Made by a program: the position numbers and the translations under genes
Notes under the pieces: generated by a model
Seen by the model: the letters and a program-made list of their open reading frames with translations, nothing else
Database searches by the model: none
What the model was told of the DNA's origin: nothing
Shown here: in pieces, positions 17,939 through 26,958 of the stretch
Position numbering within the stretch: the stretch's first letter is position 1
How the letters are laid out: every line of letters begins with the position of its first letter
DNA from: an uncultured Bacilli bacterium
Lineage (GTDB): Bacteria > Bacillota_I > Bacilli_A > RF39 > UBA660
NCBI GenBank assembly: GCA_934141615.1
Contig: CAKPCM010000001.1
Coordinates: 1 to 53,632, forward strand
DNA: 53,632 bases
Direction: 5' to 3'

Positions 17939-18811
17939 ATGGCAAAAAAAGAAGATATTAAAAATGGAAACGATATAACATTAGACGATGGTAATATAAC
18001 TGTACTTCAGGGAACTGAATTTTCTAAAGAAAAGGAAGTAGAAAAAGCAGAAACTGCCGTAGAGACACCAGTTTCTGAAGAAATTACTCCAGATGTAAAG
18101 GTTGATGATAATGAAGAATCTCAACAAGCTATAGATGTTACTAAACTAGAAGAACCTCAAAATAAAGTACCTGATGTACCTAAAATAGATCTTGGTAGTA
18201 TAGATTTAGATGCTTTGTCTAGTTCGCTAAAAACACCAGTTTCAGAAGCTCCTTCAATTGATAATGATATACCAACACCAATTTCAACTAATAAAGACTT
18301 TAATACACCAACGTTCAATGAATCTCCAACTTTTGGTATGCCACAGCAACCTTCCTATGATAATGCAAGTGATCATAGTTCTGAGTTGGCGTATCAACCA
18401 TCATCTAATGTTACTGATGATATAGAAGGAAATAGTATTTTTAAAACCACGCAAGAAGTAGATAAAGCTATGGATTCAATTATGGATGATATAAAAAAAT
18501 CTTATAGTGACAAAATTGCAGAACCAACTAAAACTTTAGTTGACTTTGTTAACAAATTTGTGAAATGGGGAAATGAAGTTACTGCAAATGGATTAAACAG
18601 AAGATTATTTGATGAATATGATGAATTAATCGCCATGTTAAATAAGAAAAAATCAACAGATAATAATTTAAATGGTATAAATACTACCCTTGGCAATCAA
18701 AATACTACTGGTATAGATTCTACAAATGAATATGGAGATTTAAATGGAATAAATTTTAATCGAAATAGTTATTCACAAGCTCCAGATAATTCAACAAATT
18801 TTAGTATGTAA
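17939..18811 (+). CDS. Hypothetical acidic, low-complexity protein
   Basis: Long ORF with good SD (GGAGG). Acidic, Pro/Ser/Asn/Thr-rich, with a short structured-looking block (KIAEPTKTLVDFVNKFVKWGNEV). No family recognised. Confidence 0.4.
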   Translation: MAKKEDIKNGNDITLDDGNITVLQGTEFSKEKEVEKAETAVETPVSEEITPDVKVDDNEESQQAIDVTKLEEPQNKVPDVPKIDLGSIDLDALSSSLKTPVSEAPSIDNDIPTPISTNKDFNTPTFNESPTFGMPQQPSYDNASDHSSELAYQPSSNVTDDIEGNSIFKTTQEVDKAMDSIMDDIKKSYSDKIAEPTKTLVDFVNKFVKWGNEVTANGLNRRLFDEYDELIAMLNKKKSTDNNLNGINTTLGNQNTTGIDSTNEYGDLNGINFNRNSYSQAPDNSTNFSM

Positions 18812-18831
18812 TTACAAAATAAACGCAAAAT

Positions 18832-18865
18832 AAAGATATACAGGTAAAAGTATATCTTTTTTAAA
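18832..18865 (+). terminator. Intrinsic terminator
   Basis: AAAGATATAC / GTATATCTTT 10-bp hairpin followed by a T-run. Confidence 0.7.
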
Positions 18866-18906
18866 TTTTATTTAAAAAATTTACAAAAATTACCAAGATA
18901 AAAATT

Positions 18907-18935
18907 GTATGAAATTCCAAAATTTTCACATTCTA
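18907..18935 (+). promoter_or_regulatory. Forespore sigma-G-type promoter (GTATG-17-CATTCTA)
   Basis: Matches the GHATR-N17/18-CATXHTA consensus, ~25 nt upstream of the SASP start. Confidence 0.55.
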
Positions 18936-18959
18936 TTAGTGTACAGGAGGTGAAAACAC

Positions 18960-19166
18960 ATGAAATCAAGTAACAGTAAATTAGTTGCTCCACAAGCTAA
19001 ACAAGCTATAGAACAAATGAAATACGAAATCGCTAATGAACTTGGTGTTAATTTAGGTGCTGATGCTACTGCAAGAGCTAATGGTTCAGTTGGTGGTGAA
19101 ATCACAAAACGTTTAGTAAAAATGGGTGAATCTCAATTAGGTGGTTCTTATAACGTTCAAAAGTAA
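18960..19166 (+). CDS. Alpha/beta-type small acid-soluble spore protein
   Basis: [10 protein letters not shown] (GPR cleavage region) and GGEITKRLV motifs, 68 aa. Confidence 0.9.
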   Translation: MKSSNSKLVAPQAKQAIEQMKYEIANELGVNLGADATARANGSVGGEITKRLVKMGESQLGGSYNVQK

Positions 19167-19190
19167 TTAAATTTCACATATAAATAATTA

Positions 19191-19224
19191 AGGCAAGCGT
19201 AATTTTCGCTGCCTTTTTTGTTTT
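19191..19224 (+). terminator. Intrinsic terminator after the SASP gene
   Basis: AGGCAAGCG / CGCTGCCT hairpin (1-nt bulge) followed by TTTTTTG. Confidence 0.7.
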
Positions 19225-19271
19225 AAAAAAACACTTTTTGTTGTATAATTATTAACAGGAGTGTGATTAAT

Positions 19272-20447
19272 TTGAAAATATTATCTGTAAATGCTGGTTC
19301 TTCATCACTTAAGTTCCAGTTATATGAAATGCCAGAAGAAAAAGTACTAATTTCTGGACTTATGGAAAGAATAGGTGTAGGAAATAGTTTTTACACAATA
19401 AAAGTAAATGGTGAGAAAATAAAAAAGGAAGTAGAACTAAATAACCACGAAGAAGCATTTGAAACTCTAGTAAAAGAGTTAGAGGAAAATAAAGTGGTTG
19501 AATCATTAGATGAAATAGAAGGAATTGGACACCGTGTTGTTCAAGGTGGAGATTATTTTGATAAAACAGTAGTAATTGATGATGAAGTTTTAGCAAAAAT
19601 AGAAGAGTTATCATCTCTTGCACCACTTCATAATCCAGCAGCTGTAACTGGTATTAAAGCTGCAAAAGACGTATTTCCAAATGCTGTTCAAACCGCTGTA
19701 TTTGATACTGCATTTCATCAAACTATGCCAAAGGAGAACTTCTTATATGCTCTTCCAATTAGTTGGTATACTGATCTAAAAGTAAGAAGATATGGTGCTC
19801 ATGGTACATCTCATAAGTTTGTATCACAAAGAATGAATGAGATACTAGGAAGGGATGATACTAAAATAATTACTTGCCATATAGGTAATGGTGCATCTGT
19901 TAGTGCTGTTGTTAATGGTAAATGCGTTAATACTAGTATGGGACTTACACCAAATGCTGGTTTAATAATGGGAACAAGATGTGGTGATATAGACGCAAGT
20001 ATCATTCCATACGTAATGGAAAAAACTAACATGAGTGCTAAAGAAATTGATAACGCAATAAATAAAGAAAGTGGTCTTTTAGCATTAAGTAGAAAATCAA
20101 GTGATTCAAGAGACATTGAAGATGGTATAGCAAGTGGTGATGAAAACTGCATTTTAGCACAAAAAATGTACGTTAGAAGAATAGTTGATTATATTGCAAA
20201 ATACTACGTAGAAATGAAAGGATGCGACGCTATTGTATTTACTGCAGGTATTGGTGAAAAAGCAGTTGATACAAGACGTGACATACTAAATGAACTTGAT
20301 GTTTTAGGAATTTATCTAGATGAAGAAGCTAATAACTCTAGGGGAAAAGAATGTATGATATCTACGAAAGATTCAAAAGTAGAATGCTGGGTAATTCCAA
20401 CTGATGAAGAATTAATGATTGCAAGAGATACGATGAACTTAATATAG
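19272..20447 (+). CDS. ackA: Acetate kinase
   Basis: (M)KILSVNAGSSSLKF N-terminus and the HRVVQGG, AHGTSH and TAGIGE motifs. TTG 19272 chosen because AGGAG lies 10 nt upstream; GTG 19263 is too close to the SD. Confidence 0.93.
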   Translation: MKILSVNAGSSSLKFQLYEMPEEKVLISGLMERIGVGNSFYTIKVNGEKIKKEVELNNHEEAFETLVKELEENKVVESLDEIEGIGHRVVQGGDYFDKTVVIDDEVLAKIEELSSLAPLHNPAAVTGIKAAKDVFPNAVQTAVFDTAFHQTMPKENFLYALPISWYTDLKVRRYGAHGTSHKFVSQRMNEILGRDDTKIITCHIGNGASVSAVVNGKCVNTSMGLTPNAGLIMGTRCGDIDASIIPYVMEKTNMSAKEIDNAINKESGLLALSRKSSDSRDIEDGIASGDENCILAQKMYVRRIVDYIAKYYVEMKGCDAIVFTAGIGEKAVDTRRDILNELDVLGIYLDEEANNSRGKECMISTKDSKVECWVIPTDEELMIARDTMNLI

Positions 20448-20460
20448 TAAGGAATACTAA

Positions 20461-21417
20461 ATGGAAGAAAAGATACTAGAATTAATAAAAAAATATAAAA
20501 AAATAATTATAGCAAGACACATTGGAGGAGATCCTGATGCGTTAGGTTCTACCTTTGCTTTAAAAGAAATTATTTTAGAGAATTTTAAGGATAAAGAAGT
20601 TCACGTTGTAGGTGCCTCAATTTCAAGATTTAAATTCTTTGGAACACATGAAAAAATGACTGATGAAATGTATCAAGATGCGCTTTTAATAGCACTTGAT
20701 ATACCAGATATTAAAAGAATAGATGGAGCAGACTTTTATAGATTTAAAGATGTTATTAAGATAGATCATCATCCTGAAATTGATAAGTTTTCTCAATATG
20801 AAATTATAGATATAGACGCATCAAGTGCTAGTGAACTAGTTGCTAAATGGTGTTATAAATGTAATTTAAAAATGCCAAAGCATGCTGCGGAAAACATATT
20901 TATGGGTATAATTGCAGACACTAATAGATTCTTATTTGGCGCAAATAAGGCTGAAACTTATAAAGTAGTATTAGAGTTAGTAGAAAAAGAAAAAGTTAAA
21001 CCTAACGAGTTATACGAAATATTATATAAAAGATCAATATCAGAGGTTAGATTAGAAGGTTTTGTTTCACTTAATATGAAGGTTACAAAAAATGGATTGG
21101 GTTATGTAAAAATAACAAATGATGACCTAAAAAAGTATGGTGTTGATTCTGCAAGCGTTGGAAGCATAATGAATAATTATAATTTTATACACGGATTAAT
21201 ATGTTGGGTTGTTTTTAGTGAGGATGTTAAAAATAACGTAATTAGAACATCAGCTAGAAGTCGTGGTGTTAAAATAAATAAATTATTTGAACAGTATAAT
21301 GGTGGTGGCCACGTATATGCTTGTGGGGCTAAACTTCAAAGTTTTAGTGAAGCAGATGAAATAATAGATAAATTAGATGATTTATGTAAAGAATATAAAG
21401 AAGGTTTTCTTGGATAA
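20461..21417 (+). CDS. nrnA: DHH/DHHA1 phosphoesterase (NrnA-like oligoribonuclease / pAp phosphatase)
   Basis: HIGGDPDALGS, DHH (KIDHHP), ADTNRF and GGGH motifs. Confidence 0.75.
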   Translation: MEEKILELIKKYKKIIIARHIGGDPDALGSTFALKEIILENFKDKEVHVVGASISRFKFFGTHEKMTDEMYQDALLIALDIPDIKRIDGADFYRFKDVIKIDHHPEIDKFSQYEIIDIDASSASELVAKWCYKCNLKMPKHAAENIFMGIIADTNRFLFGANKAETYKVVLELVEKEKVKPNELYEILYKRSISEVRLEGFVSLNMKVTKNGLGYVKITNDDLKKYGVDSASVGSIMNNYNFIHGLICWVVFSEDVKNNVIRTSARSRGVKINKLFEQYNGGGHVYACGAKLQSFSEADEIIDKLDDLCKEYKEGFLG

Positions 21418-21474
21418 CCTTTTTTTGTTTGCAAAAATATGGTATCATTTAGATAGTATTAAGGAGTTTTAAGT

Positions 21475-22269
21475 ATGAAGAAGTTATTAGAGTTAACAGC
21501 AATAAAAATGGTTCCACCAAAACCTTATGGATTGTTTCACATATCATTTTTTTTATTAAGCATAATATTATCTTGTTTAATTGCAAACAAACTAAAGGGC
21601 GCAAGCGATAGGAAAAATAAAAAGATATTGTTTTTTACCGGACTTTTCTTGCTGGTAATAGAAATTTATAAAGAATTATTTTATTATTTTATAGTTAATA
21701 ATGGTAGTTATGACTTTAGTATTTTTCCATTTCAGCTATGTGATGTTCCAATGTACATATGCTTAATAATTCCATTTGTAAAAAATAAAAAGATAGAAGA
21801 AGGAATGTATAATTTTATGGCATCTTATAACTTACTCGGTGCATCAATTACCTTTTTTGAACCATCATCACTTTTAAGACCTTATCTTTTAATGACTCTT
21901 CATGGCTTTTTATGGCATGCTATTTTAATGTTCCTTGGTATTTATATAGCATTATCAGGTAGGTGTTTAAAAAACAAAAAAGATTTTATAACATCAACTA
22001 AAGTTTACGCAACACTTTGTTCTATTGCACTTGTTCTTAACGTGTCTTTAAAAAACGTATCAGGCGGGATGATGAACGCATTTTATCTAGGACCTAAGGT
22101 AAGTCCAGTAATTATATTTAGAGATATATCAGAAAGGTTTGGATGGTTTACAAATCTTTTGGTGTTTGTATGTGCTATGACGCTTGGAGCATACTTAGTA
22201 TATATGTTTTTCTATAATTTAGAAAATATAAAATCATTTGCAAAAGATAAAATTTTAAGGAGAGTCTAA
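21475..22269 (+). CDS. YwaF-family integral membrane protein (TIGR02206-like)
   Basis: Seven or so TM segments and the FPFQLCD motif. Confidence 0.55.
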   Translation: MKKLLELTAIKMVPPKPYGLFHISFFLLSIILSCLIANKLKGASDRKNKKILFFTGLFLLVIEIYKELFYYFIVNNGSYDFSIFPFQLCDVPMYICLIIPFVKNKKIEEGMYNFMASYNLLGASITFFEPSSLLRPYLLMTLHGFLWHAILMFLGIYIALSGRCLKNKKDFITSTKVYATLCSIALVLNVSLKNVSGGMMNAFYLGPKVSPVIIFRDISERFGWFTNLLVFVCAMTLGAYLVYMFFYNLENIKSFAKDKILRRV

Positions 22270-22547
22270 TGAAAATAAAAGGAGAAGACGTAGATATAAA
22301 CAAACTTATAAATAACGTGTATGATGATAAAAACATGATAAAAATGAGAGGTAATGGTATCTATTTAAGTGATAACCAAATTGAAGTATTAAAAAGGTAT
22401 GATATAGATTATAAAAGGTATTCTTCTTTAAACAGTTTGATATTTGAAATAGAAGAGATTTTAAATAATGATGTAGACGCAAACGACTTAGAAGAAGTAT
22501 CATCAAGGCTTTCAGAGTTAAATTACTATAACAATACTAATAAATAG
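22269..22547 (+). CDS. Hypothetical small protein (92 aa)
   Basis: ORF translationally coupled to the upstream gene (TAATG overlap). No family recognised. Confidence 0.35.
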   Translation: MKIKGEDVDINKLINNVYDDKNMIKMRGNGIYLSDNQIEVLKRYDIDYKRYSSLNSLIFEIEEILNNDVDANDLEEVSSRLSELNYYNNTNK

Positions 22548-22563
22548 GAAAGAAGCGGATAAT

Positions 22564-23508
22564 ATGAAAAAAATTACACTTAAAAACATAAATGGACGTA
22601 ATGTAAAAATAAAAATAGTTGATGATGAAAAAAAGGCTAATTTTATAACTCACAGTGGAACTTTTCACGCTGATGAAATAATGGCAAGTGTTATTTTGTT
22701 AAACAAGTTTGGAGATATGAATATATATAGGACAAATAAAGTTACAAATGAAAAAGCTTTTGTTTACGATGTTGGTTTTGGAAAGTTTGATCATCATGCA
22801 CTTTCATTTGACCTTGCAAGACCAAACGGAATAAAGTATGCTTCAGCAGGTTTAGTATGGAAAACATTTGGAATGGATATAATAAATGATTTTGATATAA
22901 AAGATAAAACATCTTTCTTTGAATCTATTGATAAAAATTTAATTATGGATATTGATAGAGATGATAACGGACAAGCACTACAAAACGAACCAGAAGTAAA
23001 AGCACAAACCATTCCTAGTTTAATAGGAAGTTTTAATCCTGCTTGGAATGAAGATAACAAAGATGAAGAACGTTTCTTAGAAGCATTATCATTTTTGAAT
23101 ACAATTTTTAATAATATGATAAGAAAAATGCTTGCAAAAGAAGACGCTAGAAGTATAGTTGAAGAAAAAATAGATGAAAGTTCTGATGGAATTTTAATAC
23201 TTGATAAGTACATGCCATGGAAAGACATTGTTTTAACATCTAATAATCCTAAGGCAAAGGATATATTATATGCTGTTTTTCCTTCTAAAAGAGGAGGATA
23301 TAACGTGGTTGCAGTGCCAATTGCTAAAGGAAGTTTCGAGGTCAAAAAGCCTTTTAATGCATCTTGGGCAGGATTAGAAAACGAAGAGTTACAAAAAATA
23401 AGCGGAGTTAAAACAATTACGTTTTGCCATAAAAACTTATTTATATGTGCATGTGGCTCGTATGAGGATGCAATTAAGGTAGCCAAGATGAGCGTAAATA
23501 ATAAATAA
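22564..23508 (+). CDS. MYG1/UPF0160-family metal-dependent hydrolase
   Basis: THSGTFHADEIMA and DVGFGKFDHH motifs, 314 aa. Confidence 0.8.
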   Translation: MKKITLKNINGRNVKIKIVDDEKKANFITHSGTFHADEIMASVILLNKFGDMNIYRTNKVTNEKAFVYDVGFGKFDHHALSFDLARPNGIKYASAGLVWKTFGMDIINDFDIKDKTSFFESIDKNLIMDIDRDDNGQALQNEPEVKAQTIPSLIGSFNPAWNEDNKDEERFLEALSFLNTIFNNMIRKMLAKEDARSIVEEKIDESSDGILILDKYMPWKDIVLTSNNPKAKDILYAVFPSKRGGYNVVAVPIAKGSFEVKKPFNASWAGLENEELQKISGVKTITFCHKNLFICACGSYEDAIKVAKMSVNNK

Positions 23509-23601
23509 TTTGCATTTTATATGCAACTTTGCTATAATAACGTACGCAATTTGGAGTTTTTGCTCTAATTTGGTATAATTAAATTACGTAGGTGATAAAA
23601 A

Positions 23602-24201
23602 ATGAAAATAAATGATGTAGAAGAGCCCATTATAGCGGTTAGAAGAAGTCAGTATCCTACTGATAATAAACCAGAGTTTTTACTTTTAGGTAGAAGTAAC
23701 GTAGGTAAGTCAAGCTTTACTAACTCAATAATGGAAAGAAGAAATTTAGCTAGAATATCTAGTAAACCAGGTAAAACACAAACAATTAATTTTTATAAAG
23801 TAAATGATGATTTTTACTTAGTTGATGTACCGGGATATGGTTACACATCATCTGGTAAACAAGATCAAAAGAAGTTTGGAATGATGATAGAAGAATACTT
23901 ATCAGAAAGACCAAACTTAAACCAAGTATTTATGCTAATAGACTTTAGACATAAACCAACTGAAGATGACCTTTTAATGTATAATTTCTTAAAGTTTCAT
24001 GGAGTTAAAGTAACTTTAATTGCAACTAAGGTTGATAAAATTGGTTCAACACAAAGAGAAAAATACAAAAAGCAAATAACTGATAACATAGATTTAGCAA
24101 TTGGGGATGAATTAGTATTATTTTCAGCTAAAACTAAGTTAGGTAAAAAGGAAATTCAAGGTATAATAGCAAAAGAAGTTTATGGGGAGGATACTTTATA
24201 A
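23602..24201 (+). CDS. engB: Ribosome biogenesis GTPase EngB/YsxC
   Basis: GRSNVGKSS (G1), DVPGYGY (G3) and TKVDK (G4). Confidence 0.9.
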   Translation: MKINDVEEPIIAVRRSQYPTDNKPEFLLLGRSNVGKSSFTNSIMERRNLARISSKPGKTQTINFYKVNDDFYLVDVPGYGYTSSGKQDQKKFGMMIEEYLSERPNLNQVFMLIDFRHKPTEDDLLMYNFLKFHGVKVTLIATKVDKIGSTQREKYKKQITDNIDLAIGDELVLFSAKTKLGKKEIQGIIAKEVYGEDTL

Positions 24202-24250
24202 ACTTCTTTTTTTATGTTATAATTTAATGAAAGAAAAAGAGGTGATATAT

Positions 24251-25564
24251 ATGAAATTACCAACCATCGCACTTGTTGGAAGACCAAACGTGGGTAAATC
24301 TACCATATTTAATAGATTGGTAGGAAAAAAACAAGCGATAATAGAAGATACTCCAGGTGTAACAAGAGATAGAATTTATGGAACCGGATCTTATTATGAT
24401 TATAAGTTTAACGTAATAGATACTGGTGGTATTGATATCGGTGATGATGCTTTTAATAAGGAAATTAAAATGCAGGCTGAAATAGCAATAGAAGAAGCAG
24501 ACGTAGTTATTTTTATAGTTGATGGAAAAGAAGGAATTACCACTAATGATTTAGTTGTAAGAGATATATTAAGACGAAGTAATAAAAAAGTTATTGTTGC
24601 AATTAATAAAGTTGATAATAAAAAGACAATGGAAAACATATATGATTTTTATGAATTAGGTTTTGATTATTATATACCAGTATCAGGTTCACATAACATT
24701 GGTATGGATGATTTAATGGATGAAGCAACTAGTGGATTTAAGAAATCATATGATGAGGAATATTCATCTGACGTTGTTAAGTTTTGTGTTATAGGAAGAC
24801 CAAACGTAGGTAAATCATCTCTTGTTAATGCCATATTAAACGAGGAAAGAGTAATAGTAAGTGATGTTGCAGGTACAACGCGTGATACCGTTGATACGGA
24901 GTTTAATTATGAAAAAAGACCTTTTGTTGTAATTGATACGGCTGGTATGAGAAAAAAAGGTAAGGTATATGAATCAATTGAAAAGTATAGCTTGTTAAGA
25001 AGTATGAAGGCAATTGATAGATCTGATGTTTGCCTAGTTGTAATAAATGCAGAAGAAGGAATTATAGAGCATGATAAACATATTGCAAGTTATGCGCTAG
25101 AAGCTGGAAAAGCTCTTATTTTAGTAGTTAATAAATGGGATACCATTGATGATAAGGATCTAGGAATAAAAGAGTTTACTAAAAAGGTAAGAGCAGAATT
25201 TCAATTTTTAAGTTATGTTCCAATCGTATTTTTATCCGCTAAGACAAAGAAAAGAATGCATACGCTTATGCCTTGTGTCATAAAGGCGTTTGATAATTCT
25301 CATAGAGAAATTAAAACTAGTCTTTTAAATGATGTTATAACGGATGCTGTATCAGTTCAGGCTCCACCTTCATATAAAGGTAAAAGACTTAAAATATACT
25401 TTACATCACAAACTGGTATTACGCCACCTAAGTTTACTTTCCATGTAAATAATAAGGGATTGGTGCATTTTTCATACGAAAGATATTTGGAAAACAAGAT
25501 AAGAGAAAACTTTGATTTTGAGGGAACACCAATAATATTTCAATTTAAAAACAGAAATGAATAA
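24251..25564 (+). CDS. der: Ribosome biogenesis GTPase Der/EngA (tandem GTPase domains + KH-like)
   Basis: Two G domains (GRPNVGKST…DTGG…NKVD and GRPNVGKSS…DTAG…NKWD). Start moved to ATG 24251 after AGAGGTG. Confidence 0.93.
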   Translation: MKLPTIALVGRPNVGKSTIFNRLVGKKQAIIEDTPGVTRDRIYGTGSYYDYKFNVIDTGGIDIGDDAFNKEIKMQAEIAIEEADVVIFIVDGKEGITTNDLVVRDILRRSNKKVIVAINKVDNKKTMENIYDFYELGFDYYIPVSGSHNIGMDDLMDEATSGFKKSYDEEYSSDVVKFCVIGRPNVGKSSLVNAILNEERVIVSDVAGTTRDTVDTEFNYEKRPFVVIDTAGMRKKGKVYESIEKYSLLRSMKAIDRSDVCLVVINAEEGIIEHDKHIASYALEAGKALILVVNKWDTIDDKDLGIKEFTKKVRAEFQFLSYVPIVFLSAKTKKRMHTLMPCVIKAFDNSHREIKTSLLNDVITDAVSVQAPPSYKGKRLKIYFTSQTGITPPKFTFHVNNKGLVHFSYERYLENKIRENFDFEGTPIIFQFKNRNE

Positions 25565-25686
25565 CAAAATAAAAACAGATATTTTTGTAAAAAAATATTT
25601 GTTTTTTTTATTTGATACTATATTTCTACAATTTTTTTAAAAATAATTCATATAATAGATGGCTAAACGAAAGAAAGGAAAAACAT

Positions 25687-26577
25687 ATGAATTATTATAA
25701 GAAAATAAAAAACGAATTAATAAATAATGAAGTATATAAAAAAGTAAAGGATTATTCGAAAAATAGAAATGATTTAAATACGTATTATAAAGTTGGAAAA
25801 TTATTAAATGACGCTGGAAAAAGTTATGGTGAAGGAATTATAAAAAAATATTCTGATAAGTTGACCAAAGAATTTGGAAGAAAATATAATTATAGAAATC
25901 TATTTATAATGAGAAAATTTTATATTATTTTTAAAGATGAAAATGTGAACGCAATGCGTTCACAATTAAGCTGGACTCATTACAGAGAACTACTAACGCT
26001 TAATAATATAAATGAAATAAAATATTATATAAGAATATCAGAAACACAAAATTTATCTTATAGAAAGTTAAGAGAACGAATAAATTCTCGTGAGTATGAA
26101 AGACTAGACGATAAAACAAAAGAAAAACTAATTAATAAAGAAGAGATTAATGCTGGTGATTTAATAAAGGATCCAATACTTATAAGAAATAGGTTTGATA
26201 CTAATAAGATATCAGAGAAAATGCTAATGTCATTTATACTAGAAGATATACCAAGCTTTCTAAAACAACTGGGAGAAGGTTTTACTTTTATAGAAAATGA
26301 ATACCCAATAAAAATAGGAGATAGATATAACTACATATATATGCTTTTATATAACATTTATGATAATTGTTATGTTGTAATAGAACTTAAGATAAATGAA
26401 ATAAAAAAAGAACATATAGGACAAGTAGAAACGTACATGAATTTTATAGATAAAAATTTAAGAACGCTTAATCAAGGCCCAACCATTGGTATTATCGTGT
26501 GTAAAAAGAAAAATGGTTACCTATTTAAATACGTAACTAACGAAAATATTTATGAAAGAGAATACAAATTAGTATAA
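25687..26577 (+). CDS. DUF1016/YhcG-family PD-(D/E)xK nuclease-like protein (first catalytic Asp apparently missing)
   Basis: N-terminal YhcG-like helical region (SQLSWTHYRELL) and C-terminal …VVIELK…HIGQ core. Start moved to ATG 25687. Confidence 0.7.
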   Translation: MNYYKKIKNELINNEVYKKVKDYSKNRNDLNTYYKVGKLLNDAGKSYGEGIIKKYSDKLTKEFGRKYNYRNLFIMRKFYIIFKDENVNAMRSQLSWTHYRELLTLNNINEIKYYIRISETQNLSYRKLRERINSREYERLDDKTKEKLINKEEINAGDLIKDPILIRNRFDTNKISEKMLMSFILEDIPSFLKQLGEGFTFIENEYPIKIGDRYNYIYMLLYNIYDNCYVVIELKINEIKKEHIGQVETYMNFIDKNLRTLNQGPTIGIIVCKKKNGYLFKYVTNENIYEREYKLV

Positions 26578-26631
26578 ATTTAATTAACACTCAAAAAAAT
26601 TAAGCATATATTATTCTAGGAGTGATAATGT

Positions 26632-26877
26632 ATGGGAATAACCGATAGTTTTTTAAACAAGGTGGAAAAAAAGACCAACGTAAGTAAACAAACAATTTTA
26701 GATTTAGCTGACAGATTAAAAGGCGGTAATTTAAAAGATGAGTCTACAATTAGAGGAGTAATAGATGAACTTGCTAAATTAACCGGTAAAAACGTTAGTA
26801 AAGAACAGTCTGATAAAATAGTTAAAGCGGTAGTTGGAGATCAAATACCTAATAATTTAGAAAGTATGATAGATTAA
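26632..26877 (+). CDS. spoVIF: Stage VI sporulation protein F
   Basis: 81 aa, collinear with B. subtilis SpoVIF/YjcC (F..K.EKKT.V…L.D…LKDE.T.R.VI…). Confidence 0.75.
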   Translation: MGITDSFLNKVEKKTNVSKQTILDLADRLKGGNLKDESTIRGVIDELAKLTGKNVSKEQSDKIVKAVVGDQIPNNLESMID

Positions 26878-26899
26878 GAAGATTTATTTCTTCTTTTTT

Positions 26900-26927
26900 T
26901 CATATTTACATATATCTTACATAATAT
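26900..26927 (+). promoter_or_regulatory. Mother-cell sigma-E-type promoter (TCATATT-13-CATAATAT) for spoIVA
   Basis: Resembles the kmATATT / CATACAMT consensus, ~30 nt upstream of the spoIVA start. Confidence 0.45.
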
Positions 26928-26958
26928 TTAATGAGATTGAAAAGAAAGTAGGGATTAT

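Noticed and set aside
19360-20152. Two reverse-strand ORFs (88 and 113 aa) inside ackA
   Set aside because: Both are antisense shadows of acetate kinase. The same reasoning applies to the other short antisense or out-of-frame ORFs in the track: 3171-3362, 4325-4707, 6305-6938, 7848-8093, 12732-13400, 15988-16206, 18502-18696, 22306-22506, 24400-24639, 31256-31477, 32019-32237, 36232-36450, 36996-37196, 38295-38558, 40367-40775, 42031-42222, 42468-42743, 44480-44767, 45642-46193, 47396-47624, 51522-51728 and 53179-53373.
22794-23486. 230-aa reverse-strand ORF
   Set aside because: It is fully antisense to the well-supported MYG1-family gene and has a low-complexity Ser/Leu/Ile-rich translation and no SD. 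This is a shadow ORF typical of AT-rich coding regions.
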